Assembly (NCBI GenBank): GCA_045600125.1 | Contig: JAZRXH010000100.1 | Span: 19,974 to 83,973, forward strand | Length of the DNA stretch: 64,000 nucleotides | Source: Eubacteriales bacterium | GTDB lineage: Bacteria > Bacillota > Clostridia > Oscillospirales > CAG-382 | Direction: 5' to 3' | Shown here: positions 38,795-46,518 of the stretch, in pieces | Position numbering within the stretch: position 1 is the stretch's first letter | Layout: each line of letters begins with the position of its first letter | Notes under the pieces: model-generated | What the model was told of the DNA's origin: nothing | Databases searched by the model: none | The model's input: only the letters and a program-made list of their open reading frames with translations | Program-made: the position numbers and the translations under genes

Positions 38795-39652
38795 ATGCTT
38801 GAACTGAAAAACGTATCCTACGTCTACGGCGTCCACACTCCCTTCGAGAAGACCGCCGTAAAGGACGTATCCTTAAAAATCGAAAAAGGCAAGGTGACGG
38901 GGCTCATCGGTCATTCCGGAAGCGGAAAGTCCACCGTGGCACAGCTGATGAACGCCCTGCTGAGACCTTCATCGGGCAGCGTGGAGCTGGACGGCAGGGA
39001 CATCAACCGCACCGCCGCCGACTCCTATAACGCCCGCTTCAAGGTGGGGCTCGTGTTCCAATACCCGGAATATCAGCTCTTCGAGGAAACGGTGGAGGCG
39101 GATATCGCCTACGGACCGAAGAACATGAAGCTCTCCGAGGAGGAGATCCGGGAGCGGGTGCGCTTCGCCGCAAGCTTTACCGGTCTTTCCGAGGAGCTGC
39201 TCTCCCGCTCGCCCTTCGAGCTTTCCGGCGGTCAGAAAAGACGGTGCGCCATCGCAGGCGTCATCGCCATGGACCCCGAGGTGCTCGTCCTCGACGAGCC
39301 AGCCGCAGGACTTGACCCCAAAGGGCGGAGCGAGATCCTCGGCGGTCTTATGGACTACCGGAAAAAGAGAGGAAACAGCCTCGTCCTCATCTCCCACAGC
39401 ATGGAGGACGTAGCGTCCTATTCCGATAACATCGTAGCGCTGTCCGCCGGAGAAGTCCTGACGAGCGGCACGCCGAGAGAGGTCTTCTCGGACTACGAAA
39501 AGCTCGCCGCTTCGGGACTTTCTCTTCCCGAGGTGACTCAGGTCATGCACCTTCTGAAGTGCGGCGGCGCCGACGTGGAAAGCTCGCTGTACACCGTTGA
39601 CGAGGCGTTTGACGAGCTGACAGAGGCTATCAGAAAAAAACAAAAAGCATAG
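38795..39652 (+). CDS. ecfA2: ECF transporter ATPase component
   Basis: GHSGSGKST, LSGGQKRR, LVLDEPAAGLD. Confidence 0.88.
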   Translation: MLELKNVSYVYGVHTPFEKTAVKDVSLKIEKGKVTGLIGHSGSGKSTVAQLMNALLRPSSGSVELDGRDINRTAADSYNARFKVGLVFQYPEYQLFEETVEADIAYGPKNMKLSEEEIRERVRFAASFTGLSEELLSRSPFELSGGQKRRCAIAGVIAMDPEVLVLDEPAAGLDPKGRSEILGGLMDYRKKRGNSLVLISHSMEDVASYSDNIVALSAGEVLTSGTPREVFSDYEKLAASGLSLPEVTQVMHLLKCGGADVESSLYTVDEAFDELTEAIRKKQKA

Positions 39653-39707
39653 GAATCAACGAAAACAACGGACGTTCCGTTCCGAAACGCAGGAGAACGA
39701 TACAGTA

Positions 39708-40520
39708 ATGCTCAGAGATGTGACTCTCGGACAGTTTTTCCCGGGAAAGACGCTTCTTCACCGTCTTGACCCACGGGTAAAGCTCTTGTCCACCATCCTT
39801 TTCATAGCGGCGGTATTCACGGCAAAAAGCATTGCCGCCTATGCGGCGGTGTTTCTGCTGCTTGTCGCTATGACGGTTATTTCAAAAATACATACCTCCA
39901 CGCTTCTGAAAAGCATGAAGCCGCTGATCATCATCATTCTTTTCACCGCCGTCACCAATCTGTTCTGGACGCCGGGAGAACGGCTTCTCTTCTCTCTCGG
40001 AAGGATCACGGTGTATGCGGAGGGCGTGCGGGCGGCGTGCCTTATGATACTGCGCCTTGTGACGCTGATCTGCGGCACCTTCGTCCTTCTGACCTATACC
40101 ACATCGCCCATGGCGCTGACCGATGCCATCGAACGGCTGTCCTCTCCTCTCAAAAAGCTGGGCGTGCCTACCCACGAATTCGCCATGATGATGACCATCG
40201 CTCTGCGGTTCATCCCGACCCTCATCGAGGAGACCGATAAGATCATCAGCGCCCAGAAGTCAAGAGGCGCCGACTTCGAGACCGGAAGCATCGTCAAGCG
40301 GGCGAAAGCCATCGTGCCGGTGCTGATCCCTCTGTTCATCTCGGCTTTCCGCCGTGCGGACGAGCTGGCGAGCGCCATGGAGTGCAGACTTTACCACGGC
40401 GGAGAGGGCAGAACGAGGATGAAACAGCTGAAGCTCAACGCGGAGGATATCATCGTGCTTCTCTTCTTTGCGGCTCTGCCGTTCCTCGTCGTACTGATCA
40501 ATAAGCTTTTGCCGTTCTGA
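39708..40520 (+). CDS. ecfT: ECF transporter transmembrane component
   Basis: Polytopic membrane protein with the EcfT coupling motifs ALRFIP and AQKSRGA. Canonical ecfA1-A2-T-truA order. Confidence 0.88.
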   Translation: MLRDVTLGQFFPGKTLLHRLDPRVKLLSTILFIAAVFTAKSIAAYAAVFLLLVAMTVISKIHTSTLLKSMKPLIIIILFTAVTNLFWTPGERLLFSLGRITVYAEGVRAACLMILRLVTLICGTFVLLTYTTSPMALTDAIERLSSPLKKLGVPTHEFAMMMTIALRFIPTLIEETDKIISAQKSRGADFETGSIVKRAKAIVPVLIPLFISAFRRADELASAMECRLYHGGEGRTRMKQLKLNAEDIIVLLFFAALPFLVVLINKLLPF

Positions 40521-40567
40521 TGCGGCAAAAAGCGATACCGATATCCGCTTTGAATGGGAGAAAAAAG

Positions 40568-41347
40568 ATGACGGAAAACAATAGCGGGAATGCGGAAAGA
40601 ACAGACATGCGGAAAATAGCGCTGACCCTTACCTATGACGGCGGCGCCTTCTGCGGCTGGCAGGTGCAGAAGGACAAATGCTCGGTGCAGAAGACCGTGC
40701 AGGACGCCCTCGAAAAGGTGCTGGGCTTTCGCCCGAACGTGTCCGGATGCTCAAGGACCGACTCGGGAGTCCATGCCAAAATGTACGTCTGTCACCTCGA
40801 TGCCGAAAACGTGAAGATTCCGCCGGAAGCCCTTGCCCGTGCCGTGAACGGTCAGCTCCGGCTGCCCATCGCCGTGACGGGGGCGGAATATAAGGACGGG
40901 GACTTCCACGCAAGATATTCCTGCCTCGGCAAGGAGTATATGTATAAGATCTGGAACGCCTCCTACCGGGACCCCTTTCTCGAAAACTACGCCATGTTCG
41001 TGCCGACCCCCATCGGCGACGGCGCTCTCGGCTTTGTGGGGGAGGAATTTACCGGGAAGCACGACTTCGGCGCCTTTATGTCAAAGGGCTCCAAGATCAC
41101 CGACGATACGGTGAGAACGGTGGAATACTTCCGGACCGAGAGGGAAGGGAACCTTCTGAAAATATTCGTCAAAGCCGACGGCTTTCTCTACAACATGGTG
41201 CGGATCATGGTGGGTACCTACCTCGATGCCGCAAGGGGAAGACTGGAAATGGGCGATATTGCGAAGATCATCGAAAAGCGTGACCGCTCGCTCGCCGGAG
41301 ATACCGCTCCCGCCAAAGGACTGTACCTGAATCGGGTATTTTATTGA
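40568..41347 (+). CDS. truA: tRNA pseudouridine(38-40) synthase
   Basis: LTYDGGAFCGWQVQ, SGCSRTDSGVHA (catalytic Asp), GFLYNMVRIMVG. Confidence 0.9.
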   Translation: MTENNSGNAERTDMRKIALTLTYDGGAFCGWQVQKDKCSVQKTVQDALEKVLGFRPNVSGCSRTDSGVHAKMYVCHLDAENVKIPPEALARAVNGQLRLPIAVTGAEYKDGDFHARYSCLGKEYMYKIWNASYRDPFLENYAMFVPTPIGDGALGFVGEEFTGKHDFGAFMSKGSKITDDTVRTVEYFRTEREGNLLKIFVKADGFLYNMVRIMVGTYLDAARGRLEMGDIAKIIEKRDRSLAGDTAPAKGLYLNRVFY

Positions 41348-41353
41348 TTTGTC

Positions 41354-41384
41354 TTCGATGAAGCCATGTCTTGCCTTCATCGAA
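41354..41384. repeat. Hairpin repeat copy 1 (TTCGATGAAGcc-7 nt-gcCTTCATCGAA)
   Basis: 10 bp plus 1 bp of pairing. Starts 7 nt after the truA stop. Confidence 0.85.
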
Positions 41385-41386
41385 CG

Positions 41387-41495
41387 GCGGGGTGCCCCCG
41401 CGGGCAAATCGGGACTGCACCGCAGACTATACGGAGAGTGCAGATGCCCGGGTATTGTCCCGTTTTGCCGCCATAAATCCGAGCGGCAAAACTCA
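41387..41495. repeat. 109-nt structured direct repeat, copy A
   Basis: GCGGGGTGCCCCCGCGGGCAAATCGGGACTGCACCGCAGACTATACGGAGAGTGCAGATGCCCGGG...GTTTTGCCGCCATAAATCCGAGCGGCAAAACTCA. Contains hairpins CTGCAC/GTGCAG and GTTTTGCCG/CGGCAAAAC. Confidence 0.85.
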
Positions 41496-41521
41496 AACTT
41501 TTCACAAACTAAATACTCACT

Positions 41522-41552
41522 TTCGATGAAGTCGAATTTTGACTTCATCGAA
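41522..41552. repeat. Hairpin repeat copy 2 (perfect 12-bp stem)
   Basis: TTCGATGAAGTC gaatttt GACTTCATCGAA. Confidence 0.9.
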
Positions 41553-41592
41553 TGGCAGAGAGTGACCATTCAGCAAAAACACCGCACTCACC

Positions 41593-41623
41593 TTCGATGA
41601 AGTCGTGTCTTGACTTCATCGAA
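41593..41623. repeat. Hairpin repeat copy 3 (perfect 12-bp stem)
   Basis: TTCGATGAAGTC gtgtctt GACTTCATCGAA. The flanks (CTCAC before, GC-GAGAGT after) are also shared with copy 2. Confidence 0.9.
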
Positions 41624-41689
41624 CAGCGGAGAGTAATACATAAACCCAAAAAATCCCGTCAAAGTTTTCGCCCGCCTTTTTCAAAAGGC

Positions 41690-41798
41690 GCGGGGTGCCC
41701 CCGCGGGCAAATCGGGACTGCACCGCAGACTATACGAAGAGTGCAGATGCCCGAATATTTCCCCGTTTTGCCGCCATAAATCCGAACGGCAAAACTCA
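41690..41798. repeat. 109-nt structured direct repeat, copy B
   Basis: Same length as copy A, with about 6 substitutions counted by eye. Confidence 0.85.
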
Positions 41799-41830
41799 TA
41801 CGTTTTGAAAATCCACCACAATGAAAGCAG

Positions 41831-43021
41831 GTGACAATCGTGGCATACGCAGGTGCAGACAGTGAATACTACCGCAAGGCGGCGAGGGTGATGCACACGG
41901 CGCGGTATGCGGTACTTTTGCTGCTGTTAGGGGTAGCGGTACTGAGTTTTACGGCGTACAAGGATGAGCTGACGGTAGACAATTTCCGTTATCTCATGCG
42001 GTATGCGGATTTTGACATAGCGACGGACTATCTCAGTTTGAATCAGATCAAGTACTCGACGTCGGAGGACACGAGGTACGGATACATCAAGGGAGACCTT
42101 GCGCTTCTTACGAAGCGGTCGTTCACCACGTTCGACTTTTCGGGAAAGCCGCTTGTAAGCGAGAAGCTCACCTATCTGCATCCGTGCATGAAGACGAGTG
42201 CCAAGATGGCGCTTTGCTTTGACGTGGGAGGCACGGGCGTGGCGCTGTTCAACTCGTACTCCTGCCTTTTCTCGGATACCTTCAGGTACGGTGTGCGGGA
42301 CGCCGCCATTGCGGAGGACGGCAGCTTTGCCGTTGCGACCTCCGACAAGTACGTCAGTTCAAAAGTCATCGTCTACGACCCGCATCTTGTCAGCGACTTT
42401 GAATGGACGACGAGGGACAAGGAGGTAACGGCGCTCGCTCTCAATTCCGACCGCCATACCGTCTGCTTCCTCACGCTGAAGTCCGACAGCGGTGATTTTG
42501 CTCTGACCCTCTATGCCTTTGATACGAGAAAGGACGAGGAGATGTTCAATACGGCGTTCCCGGGCGAGTTTCCTCTGAAGCTGTGCGCCTGCAAGGACAC
42601 CATTGCCGTGCTGACAGACCGGAATCTCTATTTTATTGGCTACGACGGGGAAGAAAAGGCAAGATACAGCGTCCTTGACGGAAAACTCCGGGGCTTCTTC
42701 GAGAGCGGCGACTATATCGCCGTCTCCTTTGAAAAGAATATGTCGGGCGGCAATACCGTCCGGGTCTATACCAAGGACGGTGAAGAGCTGTCCGGCGACA
42801 GCTTCGACGGCAACATCATCGACTTCTCCGCAAGCGGCAGCGATATCTATCTCCTCGAAAAGGGAAAGCTCCACGTGCGAAGAGCCGATAATGCCGCCAG
42901 GACCCTCGAATACAAAAACATATCCGAAACGCAGATCGACCCCATGTACTGCGCCGTCTTTGCCAAGAGCGGCAAGGAGTACATCCTCGCCTCCAACGTG
43001 GGAGCGGGTAAATTCAGCTGA
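41831..43021 (+). CDS. Membrane-anchored hypothetical protein, beta-propeller-like ectodomain (resembles the Firmicutes DUF5711 family from memory)
   Basis: N-terminal TM anchor YAVLLLLLGVAVLSFTAY followed by repeated beta-strand-rich blocks. GTG start at 41831 (alternative ATG 41891). Confidence 0.55.
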   Translation: MTIVAYAGADSEYYRKAARVMHTARYAVLLLLLGVAVLSFTAYKDELTVDNFRYLMRYADFDIATDYLSLNQIKYSTSEDTRYGYIKGDLALLTKRSFTTFDFSGKPLVSEKLTYLHPCMKTSAKMALCFDVGGTGVALFNSYSCLFSDTFRYGVRDAAIAEDGSFAVATSDKYVSSKVIVYDPHLVSDFEWTTRDKEVTALALNSDRHTVCFLTLKSDSGDFALTLYAFDTRKDEEMFNTAFPGEFPLKLCACKDTIAVLTDRNLYFIGYDGEEKARYSVLDGKLRGFFESGDYIAVSFEKNMSGGNTVRVYTKDGEELSGDSFDGNIIDFSASGSDIYLLEKGKLHVRRADNAARTLEYKNISETQIDPMYCAVFAKSGKEYILASNVGAGKFS

Positions 43022-43100
43022 CAGACATTTTTCTGCCGCTTTTACGGCGCTGCGATCCCGGACACGGGATAGTATGACAGATAGAAAGGTGGTATATTGT

Positions 43101-43856
43101 ATGCCCACATCGCAGACGATAGGCTGGATCTTCGACGGCATTACCGTTCTCATCATTCTTTTCGCCCTTATAAGAGGCACTCTGAAGGGCTTCGTCGACA
43201 CTGTCTTTGATATGGGACGCTTTGTTGCGTCGATCGTCGTCGCTTCGGTGTTCACCGAACCGGCGGCAAATCTTGTATCCGGCATGAGCTTTTTTGCCGC
43301 TATCAAGGAACGGGTGGCGCAGACGATTGAAAACGCCATGACAAACGTTGGACAGAATCTCGATCCCACCGAGGCACTTTCCAAATTCTTATCGGATAAT
43401 CCGGGACTTGAAAAGGTCTTCGGCATACTCGACATCCGCACCGAAACCCTGAGCGCCAACCTTGCGACCTCTCTCGAGAGCGGAACGAAAAGCGCCGCCG
43501 AGGCCATCAAGCAGAGTGTTGCCGAACCGGCGGTGAACGCCATCCTCAACGTGGCAGTCTTCCTCCTCCTCTTCGTGCTCACGCTCATCGCTCTGTGGAT
43601 CGTCAAGAAGATACTCGACGCCGTGACCGAGATCCCCGGCATCAAAAGCGTCAACCGTGCAGGCGGTTTTATCCTCGGTGCTGCCGCCGCCGTGCTTTAT
43701 GCCTCTCTCTTCTGCCTTCTGTGCGAGAAGTTTGCGGCGGGTTCGGTCATCCTCGGCGCCAGCATCCCGGCGGATATTTCCGAAACGACCTGCGTGTACG
43801 GCTTTTTTGTGAAATACAACCTGTTTACGGCACTCGGAAAAATACTCGGTATGTAA
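43101..43856 (+). CDS. CvpA-family membrane protein
   Basis: DGITVLIILFALIRGTLKGFVDTVFDMGRFVASIVVA is a CvpA-like N-terminus, with 4-5 TM segments. ATG 43101 sits behind GAAAGGTGG. The track ORF 42636.. is an in-frame upstream extension. Confidence 0.7.
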   Translation: MPTSQTIGWIFDGITVLIILFALIRGTLKGFVDTVFDMGRFVASIVVASVFTEPAANLVSGMSFFAAIKERVAQTIENAMTNVGQNLDPTEALSKFLSDNPGLEKVFGILDIRTETLSANLATSLESGTKSAAEAIKQSVAEPAVNAILNVAVFLLLFVLTLIALWIVKKILDAVTEIPGIKSVNRAGGFILGAAAAVLYASLFCLLCEKFAAGSVILGASIPADISETTCVYGFFVKYNLFTALGKILGM

Positions 43857-43957
43857 AACTGGAAACACGGTTCCGGATAAGAACGGAATAATCGCAAACC
43901 GATTCAGCAACCGCAGCACAGCAAAGAAAGGAACGCCGACGGCGTAAATGTGAAAAA

Positions 43958-46348
43958 ATGCAGCTTTGTTCAAAATGTAAGAAAAGGATCGCAGTCATCA
44001 TGATGTACAACTCTGCGACCAAAAAATCCGAAGGCTATTGCCTCAAGTGCGCCAAGGATATCGGCATTCCTCAGGTCGATGAGGCGCTGAAGAATATGGG
44101 GATCTCCGAGGATCAGATCGAGAGCATGAGCGACGAAATGACCGATATGCTGAAAAACGGCTTCGGCAATTTCGGCGGGGACGAATTCGATCCCGACGAA
44201 GACGGAGAGGAAACCGGGAACGAAGACGACGAGGAAAGCGAGGAGAATATGGGTCATTCCCGCTCTATGAGCCTCGGCTCGATCTTCGGAAATCTCGGAC
44301 TCGGAAAGAACGGCAGGAACGCCGAAGAGGACGAAAAGAGCACCGAAGCCGAGAACGGCGAGGACGCCTCGGGAGAAAAGAGCGACCCGAAAAAGAAGAA
44401 GAAAAAAGGCAGAAAGAATCTGGAAGCCTTCGGTACGAACCTCACCGAAAAAGCAAAGAACGGTGAGATCGACCGTATCATCGGAAGAGAAAGAGAGCTG
44501 GAAAGAGTCATGCAGCTCCTCTGCCGAAGACAGAAAAACAACCCCTGCCTCATCGGCGAGCCGGGCGTCGGTAAGACCGCCGTCGCCGAGGCGCTGGCGC
44601 TGAAGATCGCTTCCGGCGAGGTGCCGAGAAAGCTCAGGGACAAAGAGGTCTACCTCATCGATATGACCGCCATTGTGGCGGGTACCCAGTTCAGAGGTCA
44701 GTTCGAGAACCGTATGAAGGGACTCATCGAAGAGGTGAAGAAGCTGGGCAATATCATCCTCGTCATCGACGAGATACACTCCATCGTTTCCGCCGGGAAC
44801 GCCGAGGGCGGCATGAACGCCGGCAATATCCTGAAGCCCGCTCTTTCGAGAGGCGAGATCCAGGTCATCGGCGCCACCACCCTTTCCGAGTACCGTAAGT
44901 ATATCGAAAAAGACGCCGCCCTTGAAAGACGTTTCCAGCCGGTGATGATCGGCGAGCCCTCCATTGAGGATTCTGTGAAGATACTCGAGGGCATCAAGAG
45001 CTATTACGAGGACTATCATCACGTGAAGATCCCCTCGGATACCGTCCGCAAGGCGGTCACCTATTCCGAGCGGTATATCACCGACCGCTTCCTCCCGGAT
45101 AAGGCGATCGACCTCCTCGACGAGGCTTCCTCCTTCCTCTCCATCCACGATATCAGCATCGCCAAGGCGGAGGACGCAAGGGCAGAGCTGAACGATGTGA
45201 CAAGCGCCCTTGAAAAACTGGAAAATGCGGCGTCGGAAGGCGCCGGTGAGGGCGATGTGGATATCTTTAAGAACATCGCCGAGCTGAAAACCAGAAAGAT
45301 CGAACTGGAAAAGGAATACAATAAATTCTCCAAGGCCGCCGAGGACGTGGTGCTTCTCCCGGAGCATCTGTCGCAGGTCATCGAGATCTGGACGGGCATC
45401 CCCGCCAGCAACATCAACGAGAGCGAATTCATCCGGGTCGATAAACTGGCGGAAAGACTGAAGAAACGCATCGTGGGGCAGGACGAAGCCGTCGAGGCGG
45501 TGACCAGAGCCGTGAAGCGTTCGAGAGCGGGCATTTCCCCCAAGAAAAAGCCGGTATCCTTCATCTTTGCAGGACCTACCGGCGTGGGAAAGACCGAGCT
45601 TGTCAAGACCATCGCTTCGGATCTTTTCGATGCGCCCGAGGCTCTTATCCGGCTGGATATGTCGGAATTCATGGAAAAGCACGCCGTGTCCCGGATCATC
45701 GGCGCTCCTCCCGGATACGTGGGCTACGACGAGGCGGGACAGCTCACCGAGAAGATCCGCCGCCGTCCGTATTCGGTGGTGCTCTTTGACGAGATCGAGA
45801 AGGCGCACCCCGACGTTCTCAACATTCTTCTGCAGATCCTCGACGACGGCAGGATCACCGACGCCCAGGGACGTGAGGTGAACTTCGAGAATACCATCCT
45901 CGTGCTCACCACCAACGCCGGTTCGAGCACCGGCATGAACTCCATCGGCTTCTCCGAAAAGGAAGGAAGCATTGCAAAGGACCGTATCATGAACGCCCTT
46001 TCGGAATTCCTCCGTCCCGAGTTCATCAACCGTATCGACGAGATCATCATCTTCAATTCGCTGACGAAGGAGAACTTCAAGGCGATCTCGAGGATCCTTC
46101 TCGACGATCTCAGACTGTCCCTCGACGAAAAAGGCATCACCCTCACCTATACCGATGCCGCCGTGGACTATATCGCCGGGAAGTCCTTCAGCCGCCGCTA
46201 CGGCGCAAGGAATCTCCGCCGCTATATCCAGACCGAGGTGGAGGACAAGGCGGCACAGCTTATCATTTCCCACTACGACGCCGCCGTGCGGGGCATCTTC
46301 CTTGATGCGAACGAGGAGGGGCTTTCGGTGGTGGAGGTCAACGCATAA
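43958..46348 (+). CDS. ClpA/B/C-family double-ring AAA+ unfoldase with N-terminal C4 zinc ribbon
   Basis: D1 [10 protein letters not shown]2 [14 protein letters not shown] loop (MNSIGFSEK), short coiled-coil middle region. The N-terminus is CSKCKK...CLKCAK plus a ~150-aa acidic linker instead of the Clp_N repeats. Confidence 0.85.
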   Translation: MQLCSKCKKRIAVIMMYNSATKKSEGYCLKCAKDIGIPQVDEALKNMGISEDQIESMSDEMTDMLKNGFGNFGGDEFDPDEDGEETGNEDDEESEENMGHSRSMSLGSIFGNLGLGKNGRNAEEDEKSTEAENGEDASGEKSDPKKKKKKGRKNLEAFGTNLTEKAKNGEIDRIIGRERELERVMQLLCRRQKNNPCLIGEPGVGKTAVAEALALKIASGEVPRKLRDKEVYLIDMTAIVAGTQFRGQFENRMKGLIEEVKKLGNIILVIDEIHSIVSAGNAEGGMNAGNILKPALSRGEIQVIGATTLSEYRKYIEKDAALERRFQPVMIGEPSIEDSVKILEGIKSYYEDYHHVKIPSDTVRKAVTYSERYITDRFLPDKAIDLLDEASSFLSIHDISIAKAEDARAELNDVTSALEKLENAASEGAGEGDVDIFKNIAELKTRKIELEKEYNKFSKAAEDVVLLPEHLSQVIEIWTGIPASNINESEFIRVDKLAERLKKRIVGQDEAVEAVTRAVKRSRAGISPKKKPVSFIFAGPTGVGKTELVKTIASDLFDAPEALIRLDMSEFMEKHAVSRIIGAPPGYVGYDEAGQLTEKIRRRPYSVVLFDEIEKAHPDVLNILLQILDDGRITDAQGREVNFENTILVLTTNAGSSTGMNSIGFSEKEGSIAKDRIMNALSEFLRPEFINRIDEIIIFNSLTKENFKAISRILLDDLRLSLDEKGITLTYTDAAVDYIAGKSFSRRYGARNLRRYIQTEVEDKAAQLIISHYDAAVRGIFLDANEEGLSVVEVNA

Positions 46349-46518
46349 AAACGTATAAAACGGATCGTGCATACGGAATATGCCGCTTTTGAACATCTGC
46401 GGCTCCCTGTGTGCGCCGTATTTCCCCGGCAAGCTGCCGGAAAAAGAGGGCGGCGGGAAGAGAACACCTCCCGAAGCCGCACCTTTACACAGGTCATTGT
46501 CAGAGGTTTATTTAACGG

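Noticed and set aside
41354-41623. The three 31-nt hairpin repeats considered as a CRISPR array.
   Set aside because: There are only three copies, with very unequal spacing (137 and 40 nt). The intervening sequences include other repeats. No cas genes or leader are present in the window.
41349-41779. Track ORFs 41349-41600 (83 aa) and 41552-41779 (75 aa) across the intergenic repeats. Their repeated peptide SMK(P/S)(C/N)(L/F)(A/D)FIE could be read as a repeat protein.
   Set aside because: The repeated peptide is simply the translation of the DNA hairpin arms. The ORFs have no RBS, lie in different frames and are built almost entirely of nucleic-acid repeats.
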